This document shows positions 34,301 through 45,375 of a stretch of 64,000 nt of DNA, one piece after another (position 1 is the stretch's first letter; every line of letters starts with the position of its first letter). Source of the DNA: Piedraia hortae CBS 480.64 (lineage: Eukaryota); the NCBI GenBank assembly GCA_010093745.1, contig MU005994.1, positions 1 through 64,000 on the forward strand, read 5' to 3'. The position numbers and the translations under genes are program-made. A model generated the notes under the pieces. The model ran no database searches and was not told where the DNA came from. It worked only from the letters and a program-made list of their open reading frames with translations.

Positions 34301-36570
34301 TCAATGATCGTGATAAAATTCGCCAGGGCTTGACTGCTGAAGAGTCTGATCAGAGCAGGCAGTTGCCGTTGAACGTAGACCGCATGATTCGCAATGCCAA
34401 GGATCGGTTCAAGATCGCAGATGGTGCACGCAGCAACCTCGACCCGGTGTATGCCATCACGAGGGTCAGGGAAATGCTTGACAACCTGATAATCGTGCGC
34501 GGCGACGACCCTCTTTCCATTGAAGCTGATCGTAACGCAACGCTCCTATGCAAGGCAAACTTCCGCTCACGTTTGGCCTTTAAACGCATCGTCAAGGACG
34601 ACGGCCTGAATAAAGACGCCTTTGACAACATCCTGGGCGACATTGAGAACCGCTTCTCTCGTGCCCTGGCCAGCCCAGGCGAGATGGTTGGTGTCTTGGC
34701 TGCACAGTCGATTGGTGAACCGGCCACGCAGATGACGCTCAACACTTTCCATCTTGCTGGTGTCACTGCGAAAACTACCACCAAGGGTGTGCCGCGTCTA
34801 AAGGAGATTCTAAACGTGGCCAACGACCTAAAGACTCCGCAGATGAAGGTCTATCAGGTGGAAAAGTATAGACTCAACCAGGACAAATGCAAGGAGCTGC
34901 GTTCAAACATTGAACACACCAACCTTCGCGGCGTCACCGACTTTACCGAAATCTATTATGATCCTGACATCCAGTCAACAGTCATTGAAGCGGATAAGGA
35001 CATGGTCGAGTCTTACTTTGTCATTCCTGAGGAGGACATGGAACCTGTGGAGAGCCAGAGCAAGTGGCTTTTGCGCTTCGTTCTCGGTCGCCGCCAACTC
35101 CTTGACAAGGGCTTGACCGTCTCCGAGGTCGGTCGTGCGATCAAGGCCAATTACCAGGGCCACTTGGCCGTCATCTTCTCCGATGACAACGCTGACGAGC
35201 ACGTCATTCGCTGCCGAACTATCAAAAGAGGCAGAGGAATCAAGGATGACGATGATGTCTTGGAAGATGAGACACCGGATGAGACCTTGAAACGACTGGA
35301 ACAGAACATGCTTGAGAATGTCAAACTGCGAGGAGTGAAATCCGTGCGTCGTGCTTTTGTCTCTTCGGAAATTACCATGCGTGTCAGGGAAGACGGCGCC
35401 ATTGTCAAGAGCAAGAATGATCCGCTGTGCAAGGAATGGTACCTGGACACTGATGGCGTCAATCTCAAGCAGACGTTGGCCATTGATGGCGTCGATCCAT
35501 ATCGCACAACGTGCAATCACTTTGGTCAGATCATGAGCGTCTTTGGCATCGAAGCCACTCGTGCCGCCCTTATGCGAGAGTTGTCGGCTGTGCTTACCGG
35601 TGACGGCGCCTATGTCAATCACAGACACATGGCTATTTTGTGCGATGTTATGTGCGCGCGCGGGACGTTGATGGCTGTGACACGTCATGGCATCAATCGC
35701 GCCGATACTGGAGCTCTAATGCGCTGTTCTTTCGAGGAAACGGTGGAGATTTTGTTCGACGCTGCCGGCACTGGTGAATTGGACGATTGCCGTGGCGTTT
35801 CGGAGAATGTCATTCTTGGCCAGCTGGCGCCGTCTGGCACTGGTGACTTTGATGTCTTGCTTGATACCGAGATGCTGAAGACGGTTGTGTCGGTGAATCA
35901 GCGACCGATGACTACGGGCGCTGCCCTGGAGGGTAGCATGACGCCGTATAATATCGGTTCACCGCTGGCCGAGGATAGCTACGGTTCAGGTCCGGACTAC
36001 GGCGGTGCTGCCTTTTCTCCCATCATCCAGCCGGGTGAAGCCGAGACTGGTGGCCTTACTGCATATGGTGGAGGTTTCGGCGGTGTCAGTCCGTACTCTG
36101 GCGGCATGAGCCCTGGATACGCGCCTACCAGCCCATTTGGCTCCGGCATGAGCCCGAGTTCTCCTCGTGGCTACTCACCCACATCCCCCGGCTACTCGCC
36201 TACTTCACCTGGCATGGATGGCATCACATCCCCGGCGTATCAGGTCACAAGCCCAAAGTACTCCCCGGCTAGTCCGGCTTATACCCCCACCTCTCCGACG
36301 TATTCACCGACAAGCCCCGCGTACAATGCCGGAAGCAACATCTCCCCCACCTCGCCTTCGTACTCGCCAACGTCACCGTCTTACTCACCTGCATCACCCT
36401 CATATTCCCCAACTTCTCCAATGTACTCTCCTACGTCCCCGACGTACTCTCCCACGTCTCCCGCATACCACGCACCGGGCAGTGCAACGTCACCAAAGTA
36501 CTCGCCCACCTCGCCCAAATACAGCCCTACGTCTCCGGCTTACAGTCCCACGTCACCCAAATACAGCTGA
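31400..36570 (+). CDS. RPB1: RNA polymerase II largest subunit; exons 31400-31682 and 31730-36570
   Basis: [14 protein letters not shown] zinc site, catalytic NADFDGD, bridge helix [15 protein letters not shown]-terminal YSPTSP heptads. 47-nt GTAAGT...GCTAAC...CAG intron. Confidence 0.99.
36115..36570 (+). repeat. RPB1 CTD coding repeats (about 20 partly degenerate YSPTSPx heptads)
   Basis: Translation shows YSPTSP units with variable position 7 (S/K/A/T/G/M) and interruptions. Confidence 0.9.
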
Positions 36571-37469
36571 GGGGATTTTCAAGAGCAACATTTTTCCAAG
36601 TCAAGCGTTATGTTTTGAAATTTCACGCATAATGGGGGGAATGGCGTTTTGTTTACGAAGGGCATTACTAGGAGGACACCTCTACGGGAGTTTTGGGTGG
36701 CTTGATGGGCAGGATAAGAATGACTACAATGTGAGACTGTCAGAGTGTAATATTGCGATGTAATGTGAAACAATGTTTCCGCCACTTTCCTGTGTACTTG
36801 TGCCTTTTACTACTAGTAGAGGCCTACTGCATTCGTAATTCATACGAGCAGCACGTAAGTAACGGTAACAAAACCATCGTTTACGAGCCCACTGCTCCTA
36901 TTCTTATGCAATAGTCACCGAGACAACTTGCTCGGAGCGAACACGAGATTGGCACGTGGCCTGGGAGATCTTCTCGGCCTGTTTCAAGGAGCTTGTGCTG
37001 AATACGCTCCCTATCCTCTTTGAAAACCCACTTTCGAGTAGTTGTATAACTCAAATCGAGGCACCCCCTCGTGTTTGTGCGGGCCAGACCCCGCGCGGGG
37101 CTTCGTGTTTGAGCTAATCGTATCCCCGAAGGAACTAGGGCCCCTTGGTCGTACTCAGCCATCCACCTCAATTGAGCCCTTCTGCTGCAGTTCGAGTCCC
37201 TCTATCATTCTTTTCGCCTCTGGATGATCATCATTACGTAAACCATCAACTGTGTAATCAAAACTCGATTCATAGTCTCAACGTAAACTCTCATCCTCAC
37301 ACCCTAGTCACGACAAGGTACCCTCAATCCTCACGAAAAGCCCAACAAATCGAATCCGAATCCTTCTTCCAACGCATCATCCGCTAAACGCGTATCCAAC
37401 CCGAACAACGTTTATCAACCAATCCCCTTTTACATAAAACCCCCCTTCCCACAAATCAATCCACCGAAA

Positions 37470-37952
37470 ATGAAACCCACAGTTCTCCTCCCGCTCTTCC
37501 TTCCCCTTATATCAGGCTACATTACCATCAACCCCCTCCAAATCGAGCTCCACTCGGGAAAATACAACCTCAACTTCACCCAAACTAACTCAGAGGGCTA
37601 TCCCGACGGCCCCTCCAAACAACCCGATCAATGCAATCTCTCCTGGCTGTCATTCACACAGCCAGCAACATGCTACAAATCCTGTGAGGGAGGGACCCGT
37701 GCACGGATCACGCCAGGGACGTTTAAAGGTTTGGATGATTTTTCGTTGGATGTGTGGCAGGATTATCACGGGATTGGGTCGTGGTTGGATGTGCATGGGA
37801 CGGCGAGGGTTTCGACAAAGGATCTCCTGGCGGGGTACACCTGTAAAGGGAATGTTTGTGAAGTTAAGAAGGGGGGACGAGGGTTTAGGACCGAGGAGGG
37901 GGTGGTGGGAAGGGATGAGGGGCCCATGCCGGATATTCCGATTTGTATGTGA
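37470..37952 (+). CDS. Small secreted six-Cys protein, paralogue 1 (Alt a 1/AA1-like fold suspected)
   Basis: Signal peptide; CNLSW, CYKSC, ARITPGTF..FSLDVWQDY, YTCKGNVCEVK..GF, terminal ICM. Clear paralogy with the next two genes. Confidence 0.8.
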   Translation: MKPTVLLPLFLPLISGYITINPLQIELHSGKYNLNFTQTNSEGYPDGPSKQPDQCNLSWLSFTQPATCYKSCEGGTRARITPGTFKGLDDFSLDVWQDYHGIGSWLDVHGTARVSTKDLLAGYTCKGNVCEVKKGGRGFRTEEGVVGRDEGPMPDIPICM

Positions 37953-38455
37953 GGGGATTGCTTGGCGAGGGTTGGGAGATGTTCGTTTCTCGCGTACACT
38001 CTGTTATTGATGTCGTTTGTACATGGAAGAAAGATGATGTTTGTCCTGCAATAACGCGAAGCCAGCGATTTCTTTCTTTCTTTCTTTTTTTTTTCCACTG
38101 TCACTGCTGACCTTGACAAAACTTTCGGCGAGGCTCCTCGAGATCGAAGTACCCCATCTTGTGGATGCTAAAATGAAATCTGTGTGCCAAACTCAAAGCC
38201 TCACGCCGTCGTCAAACAGACCTTGTGGTCAAGCCCACCATGAACCTATAAGCAAGGACACACAAACCTGAGAATTTTACAATCGCGTGCATCTGGACAA
38301 GCGGGTACCAAAACGGAATGTATACAATATCACATTCAACCCAACAGCCATGACCTCGCTACCTCAGTACTTGTAGCAGAGACCTACTATCAAGAGCACA
38401 CAAACATATTACCTCTCCATCACCCCCACACAACCCCACCTCCAACCACCAAGAA

Positions 38456-38977
38456 TTAACAAATTAACTTCCCCTCCAACGATTGTGTCACCTCACTCTC
38501 AACAGTAGCATTAAACCCCTTCCCCGCCGGTTTCACCAAACACTCACCCCTCCTCTTACAAGTATACCCCGCGTGCGCATCCCTCCACGACACCTTCGCA
38601 GTTGCATTTCCCGCGACCCAAAAAATTACACTCCAGTACTCTTCCCAGATATTCAACCCAAACTCCCCTGGGGAGACAAATGTCCCAGGCTGGATTCGGG
38701 CGTAGTAGTGGGTACTAGCCGTATCTCCTGCGATGAGGCCGCAGCGTGTATAGCATTCTGTCGGGGCAGAGCCAGATCGCCAGGTTAGGTTGCATGTGGA
38801 GGGGTAGATGCTCGCGCGGTCGAATTGTCCACCATAGGGGTCTGTGATGTTGAAATTTAGGGTATAGGTTCCGTGTTGGAAATGGGTGGTTAGGGGGTTT
38901 ATGATGAGTTCGCGGTTGGCGTAGGTGGAGGTTATGAGGAGGAGGAGGAGGAGGGGGAGAAGGGTAGGAAGGTTCAT
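38456..38977 (-). CDS. Small secreted six-Cys protein, paralogue 2
   Basis: Signal peptide; CNLTW, CYTRC, ARIQPGTF..FGLNIWEEY, YTCKRRGECLVK..GF, terminal LIC. Confidence 0.8.
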   Translation of the reverse strand: MNLPTLLPLLLLLLITSTYANRELIINPLTTHFQHGTYTLNFNITDPYGGQFDRASIYPSTCNLTWRSGSAPTECYTRCGLIAGDTASTHYYARIQPGTFVSPGEFGLNIWEEYWSVIFWVAGNATAKVSWRDAHAGYTCKRRGECLVKPAGKGFNATVESEVTQSLEGKLIC

Positions 38978-39591
38978 TGTGTTGTGGTTTTCTTAGTGGG
39001 GTTGAGAGGGTTTTTGAGGGTGAGAAAGGAGTTCAGCTGGTGGGGTACGAGTGGGGTTGGTGAGGGATGCTAGGGGGACAAAGCGAGTATTTCGGATCAA
39101 GGTACGAGAATGTCTATTTGAGGTTCTTGTGCTTTTAGTTTGGTTTGAGTATGTCTCAGCCACGCTATACGAGCTGCGATCTCGCGTTGAGCCCATGATA
39201 ACGGTTCGTTACTTCCCTCATTTCAGTTTGTTTGACCGCTACTGGATTGCCACACATTATATGATATCTACATCATAACGGGCAGGTTTTATGCATCACA
39301 GTCTTCGAAAGAGTGAGAGATGAACCACAAACCCCATCCCGCATGAAACCTGCCAGTCGAACTCAGTACTCAAATACTCAGACTTATTCCCAAGTAGTAA
39401 ACACCCCCACCTCCCCCTTGACAAAAGACCGAAACCTGCATGACCACAATCCAAGCCATGCCATCTCAACAAAACCCTCGTCACGGAAAAATCAAGCGAC
39501 AGCTCGCATCCTCTCCCGTATCCCAATTGCCCTCAAACCCCGCCCCTTCCCAAATCCCCATATATACCCCCACCCGTCAACACCAAACCCA

Positions 39592-40107
39592 ATGTCTCCC
39601 GCCACAGTCCTCACAACCGTTCTCTTCTTCCTAACCCTTACGCACGCCTCAATCATCATCTCCCCCCTCACCGCCGAACTCCTTCCGGAGAAATACAGCA
39701 TACAATTCACGCAACACTTCACTGAAAACATCTCCGACGGCCCGTCTGATACCCCCTACACCTGCGTTCTCGAATGGCCTTTATCCTCCAAACCGCCAAC
39801 CTGCTACACAACCTGTCAAGGCTATGCTCGCGCACGCATAACCCCCGGGACGTTCAACGGGATTGAGGACTTCTCGATCGATGTCTGGCAGGATTATCGC
39901 GGCATTGCGTATTGGCATAACGTCCATGGGACAGTGGAGGTGAAGGTTGGGATACTGGGGGCGGGGTATTTTTGCGATGGGGATAGGTGTGAGATTAAAG
40001 GGAAGGGGTTTGATACGGGGGATAGTACGATTTTTGGGGATGATGGGTATGCGCCGGAGTTGGCGGAGAGGGATGATGTGCCGTATCCGGGGATTCTGGT
40101 TTGTTGA
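39592..40107 (+). CDS. Small secreted six-Cys protein, paralogue 3
   Basis: Start MSPATVLTTVLFFL (signal peptide); CVLEW, CYTTC, ARITPGTF..FSIDVWQDY, YFCDGDRCEIK..GF, terminal LVC. Confidence 0.8.
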   Translation: MSPATVLTTVLFFLTLTHASIIISPLTAELLPEKYSIQFTQHFTENISDGPSDTPYTCVLEWPLSSKPPTCYTTCQGYARARITPGTFNGIEDFSIDVWQDYRGIAYWHNVHGTVEVKVGILGAGYFCDGDRCEIKGKGFDTGDSTIFGDDGYAPELAERDDVPYPGILVC

Positions 40108-42628
40108 GTGGGACTTATGATAATGTGGGAGGTGTACGAGAGAGGGATTAAAGATAAGTTTGATTGAGGTTAAGGAGGAAGGGTTTTTGGTAGCGCAAGA
40201 CTGAGAAGGTGGATAAGATTTTACGTGTTCGAGGCTATGGGCACGGGTGAGGGTACGATGTAATTTCATTGATCCTTTCACTGAGGCAGTGGTTTATACG
40301 CGACGCATTGACTGCTTTCGCGAGGTTGCTCGGATTTCGTGACATGGTCTTGGTTGACTGGCGCGTGTTTTTGATTTATTCCTACTGCACAGCTGGAAAT
40401 CTCGAGGAGAAAGCAACAGCCCGTGGTTATGGGACAGCTTTTGTCTCATATAATTGTCACAGAGACGATGAAAACACACAGCAAAGCGTGCGATTTCAAT
40501 CTTCTTGACTGAACGTTCGGCCCACCGAAGACGATAGCTTGAGACTGGCGGTGAACTCGTAATAGTCATCTGCCTTGTCACCATGAGTCGATATCAGTGA
40601 AACCTTAAATCTTGTCCTTTGCTCTTGCAACCTTGGCCTAGGATGATTCATCTTCTACAGAATAGTGCAGAGAGGTCAGAACGACTTCATCTAGTTGTAT
40701 GATAGCCCATTCTCTATGATAATCGGGACTAGAGTTGTGATCTTAAAGGAAACATCGATTGCAGTTCCAAAAGCACCTGCGCTAGAGGCAAAGGCTTTGA
40801 AGACCAGGGAGATGCCGCTACGCTTCCTCCATTAAGCGCATCTCCCCACACATAAGATAAACGTTTTGAGTGGATTTGCGAGCCTCCACCACTAACTTGT
40901 CTCCCGTCTTTGGCATACACGATCGCGAAGCCCAAGAGATCGTCTATGAATTTGTAGGTGTGATGGCCCCAGAACTCTTGTCGCTGGCTGCTTCGCCCAG
41001 TGAAGATGCTAGAATGTGATCAAAAATTTTCAAGTCTTCGATGCAGCGGCCGAACGAGATTGAGACGGGGTTGCCAGAGCCGTCGGAAGTGATAGCGCTG
41101 ACTCTCATCCCCGAATCTCTCAACGAAGGATGAATCAAGACCGAAACCTCCATTCACTGCGCTCTCGCGACGCACCGTGTCCTCCGCGTTTGGCCAGTTG
41201 TGATATGAGCTTTCGAGGCAGTGCGTAGTACAAACATGTTGATGAATGGACCACTTGCAGTAAATTCCCTGCACGTGAATCTGCGACCTAGCCGTCTAAG
41301 GTTTGATGCTTTCCATTATGAGGGCTGTGTCTCTACTCCTGGTTTTTGGCTTTGGTGTCATGTCGCTGAGGTCCATTTGCCTGTCCGTTGCGCCCCCTCT
41401 ATCAACAGCTTCTTGAAGTTCCTTTGAGCCCGATGACTCTACGGAAATTGTGCGCGACAATCCGGTGAGGTCTTTCCACTTTGATATGTAGATTCGCCGC
41501 TCAGCCACATAAAGTGTTCCTTTTGTCTTGCATTCCCTTCTACCTCCATCAAGGCGCGATAGTAGTGTGTCCCTTTCCTGGAGAGGTTTTGATTTGAGCA
41601 GAGGTGTGCGATGACGGATGAGGAGTGATGTGGAAGAAGGCAACAAGAACATATCGAGGGTGCTGCAAGGTGCTTCATGGTGCGGTATACCGTTGAGTGA
41701 TTGGTACATTGCTTCCACCCTTGCCGCGCCCCAATGTTCGGAGTGACACGAAAGTGCTGTTCCGACCCATTGTGAATTTGCCAAGACAGCAAGCTCAAAC
41801 TCAATGTGAAAGCTGCCCTCTTGATCCTTGCTATCCACGCATAGATTGATGTGACATGTCTTTCTCTCGGGTGCGGTGCAGCGTGGACTCGTCAACAGAT
41901 AACAAAAAAGGGAAATAAACTCTTTCCTCCGTCGTAGCCGTCGGAACGATGCTTATGACGTACAAGTCTACAGCGATATATACTGACCTTTTGCCATGGG
42001 TCTGGAGTCCTTGCAACATAGCCAAGGAAAGCTGTACCAGGATAGAAAGCACGTGAGGATCCTTGAAGAACAGGCTTGACGACTGGGTATATGTGGAAGT
42101 ATTGCAGCGTAGCGATCTCCCTCGTCGGAGTTGGTCGCAGTAAAAGGTATTTATATCCTGGACTGGCTTGAAACTTTGTAGGGGACACTTAGTCGGAGAG
42201 AGCTTAGGGTAGTGTCAGGCTCACCCCGCGGAGATGTTGAACTCTTTGGCGTTCATTGCTCGAAAAGATTGAGGGTGCTTGGGCGATGAAGTTTCCTATC
42301 GGTCTGGCAAAGTAGATGTGGTCTTGTTGGGTTCAAGAGGGGTGTATTGAGATATATAGTCACATCTGACTCAGTCAAACTTTTCTAGTATTGGCCGGGC
42401 CCAAGAAAGACACGAACAACCTTTTTCTTCGTCTTCGTATAGGGTTTTCAACTAAAGATTACCAGTGGGGCACGAGACTTGTTATTAAGGTTTTCTTGTG
42501 GTAATATGTATAGCAACAATTAAGCATTGAGATATAGTCAATCAAAGGACGGTACACACTCAAACTCATAACGGTCCATCAAACCCCAAAAACCACTTGC
42601 TCCAAACACGAATACCTTCCCGGAAAAC

Positions 42629-43949
42629 ATGTCCACCTTCCCACCCACCCTCGGCACCGCCCTCCTCCCGCACCTCCTCGCCGCCTCCATCCCCCTATTT
42701 TCCCTACTCACCATCAACCACTCCTGGTCCTACTTCATCCTAGGATGCATCTGGTCCGCCGCTCCTCTCAAACAATTCCTCCACCTCCTGCCCTCCCGCC
42801 GACCTTATTACGCGAGCAAAGTCCGCATTTTAAAAATCTGTACCACCCAAACGTCCGCGCACCATGCCGCGACAGCTGGTTTGCACTTCTCGGCGACGGA
42901 GCTGGAAGCGTTAAGTCTCAGCGATGAGGGTTATATTGGGTTTTGGAGGTGGATGCAGTACTTCCCCTCTACGCTGACGCGGGTGAGGCTCTGTGCGATT
43001 GGGTTTTGAGGATGAGTATTCAGCCCGCGTTGGGGGAGTGTGTGAATGTAGAGAGGTTGGAGATTGATGTTTTATGGGTGTTTTGGGATTTGGGGAGAGT
43101 TATGGCTTTTGTAGATGCTTGTAGGGGGTTGAGGAGTTTGAGGGTTGAAGGGAGGGGGGCGAGGTTGGGGCTGCAGTATGAGTTTTTGAGATGCTTGGAG
43201 GTGAAGAGAGGGTTGGTGGAGGTGGACTTTGGGTTTGTGGTTCACTTGGGGGCGGAGAGGGATGTGATGGCTCTGCCAGAGTGGGAGGTTGAGGAGAAGT
43301 TTAGAAGTTTGGAGAGGGCGAGGATGAGGGTTAGGGGTGAGGATGTCCTGTTTGTGTATCGCGTGGCGAGAGTGGTGGAGAATTTGAGGTTGTTGGTTTG
43401 TACGCCTGAACCGAGGGGTGGATTGGTGGTTATGCAGGCGATTGAGTTTTTGCCTGTGCTGGCGACGGGGAATTTGAGGACGGTGTTTTTGATGTTTTAG
43501 GGGAGGGAGAAGGTTGAGGGGGCTGGAAGGATGAGGTGTTAGGGAGGATTACGACGTTGAGGGAGTTGGTCGTTATTGGGAACGAGAGTACGCTGATTCT
43601 TGTTGATGATAGGGCTTTTTTGGCCCTCGTGAGGCTGGGGAAGGAACTAAGGCTGCTAACATTGAAGAGTGATGGTGTGGGGATGACGCAGACATAGCTT
43701 AAAACGCTTGGAACATCGTGCACATTTTTGGAGGAGTTCGATATCACTGCAGCGGCAAATCTGGTGCCTCTAAGAGAGGAAGATCCGGCGCCGCTGTTTC
43801 CGAATTTGAAACGCATGGCGCTGAATAGGGGTATGGTCGCAAGCGAGTCTGGTATGCCTTGTGGACACAAGATCATACAGCAAGTCAATGATTTGTTTTC
43901 ATCTGCGAATACCAAGGCTGCGAGAGATGGAGATTTACGGCTACATTGA
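42629..43949 (+). pseudogene. Disrupted F-box/LRR-like protein
   Basis: F-box-like LFSLLTINHSW..IW..P...RRPYYASKVRIL, followed by LRR-like units (CRGLRSLRV, FRSLERARM, TTLRELVV, LFPNLKRMAL) over several frames. Frameshift near 43005 and stops at about 43500 and 43697. Confidence 0.6.
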
Positions 43950-44793
43950 CTGGATGATACGATTATCAATCACTTTAAGCATTGCTATTGCTAGGCAGCA
44001 GAGTAGAGCCAATTCTTCAGATATGGCCAATTACAATGACTGCTTGCCTCGTCTTCTCCGTTATCCATATCCAAGAGAAGAATCGTCCTCGACCTATGCC
44101 ATCTCAGCTCAGTCCTGACCGAGCGAGTTCTAATTCGCGTCAGGGTTTGCAAAATCAACCATTGAGGGCAAATCGTCCGCTATCAGATGACGAAATCATC
44201 TAGCAATGCCTCCATCAATACCGAATATACTCCAACACCGTCTTTTTCTATGATCACCTCTTGCATAATCACCTCTTCCATAATCACCAATCATTATCAA
44301 CCCAGGCTGGACACCAAATCCCGTCCGTCGTACATTTGCTATCGAAGACTTGTCCACTCCATCCACTACCTTCGAGCAACAAGAGAACCAAACCGGTAAC
44401 GATCTTGTGCATCCACCGTCAACTAATGGCATTCTCCTCAACTGAGAAGCTTTCCCCAACCAAACACTGCATTCCGCTCAGTCGACCAAATATTCGTCCA
44501 ATCATTCCATCTTCTCTTCGCCAATGTTTCACTCGCCAAATAGCACCCAATCTCCCAGCCTCCCTTCATCAACCTTTTCCACTCGCCCATAAGTAATATA
44601 GGCCATGTTAGACCAACCATCCAACCACATAACCCGTCCTCGCGTAAGCACAGAGCAGTGCCCACTCACTCCCGTCCATCTGAGAAACTTATCCACGCAT
44701 TTCGCGGGGAAAAAACCACAAAACCCCTCCCCAAAGATTTTTCATCGCCATGGTTATATTCCCCTGCAAGTTTGTTGATTGCGAAAAAAAAAA

Positions 44794-44901
44794 TGCCTGG
44801 ACTGAGAATCGAACTCAGATCTTGGGATGGCCCGAACTTTAGAGTTCGATCACACCCGGGGTTGTATGAGACCCACGTTCTAACCATTAAACTATCCGGG
44901 C
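44794..44901 (-). tRNA. tRNA-Met (CAT), elongator type, with 36-nt intron (44829-44864)
   Basis: GCCCGGA acceptor, D-arm GTTT-AATGGTTA-GAAC, anticodon arm TGGGT-CTCATA^A-TCCCA (U31:U39, typical of elongator Met), T-arm CTGAG-TTCGATT-CTCAG, then a T9 Pol III terminator. Confidence 0.92.
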
Positions 44902-45375
44902 TTGTTATGCTTGACAAGGGAGAAAAGAAAATATATTCTACAGGTAGTCTACTTGCGCAAAGACAGATTTCGGGGGGTCCTCCCGATGGGCCGATTTACA
45001 ACGTGCTTGCACTTCTTTACTGCGTGCATTTACTTTAAATATATCGCGTTGCGATGCCTGCTTCGTGTATCCTGTTAGAGATAATGGATGCTCAGTTGTT
45101 TACATGGGCGACGAGGATCAGGTTCGCATCTCAACGACAGGGTGAAGGAAACATCCTATGCCAACGAATGTAATTTTTCCAAGAACCGGCTGAACCATGT
45201 GCTATGCACAGTGGCTCAGCCAAGAGATAAAGAAGACGGGATCTAACTAATCAAGAACCAAATTGACAGCATTTTCTTGAAATCCATTTTATGATGCGAT
45301 CCCTTCTTCTTTATGGGTCTGTGATTGTTAGTTTCTGTTATGGCGTTTGGTTGGATGTTCACCTCTTTCTAGAGA

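Noticed and set aside
36800..36815. U5 snRNA loop I motif GCCTTTTAC
   Set aside because: No convincing closing stem or Sm site; lies just downstream of RPB1.
40700..42200. Chain of minus-strand ORF fragments (possible decayed gene)
   Set aside because: No recognisable domain; cannot be supported without a search.
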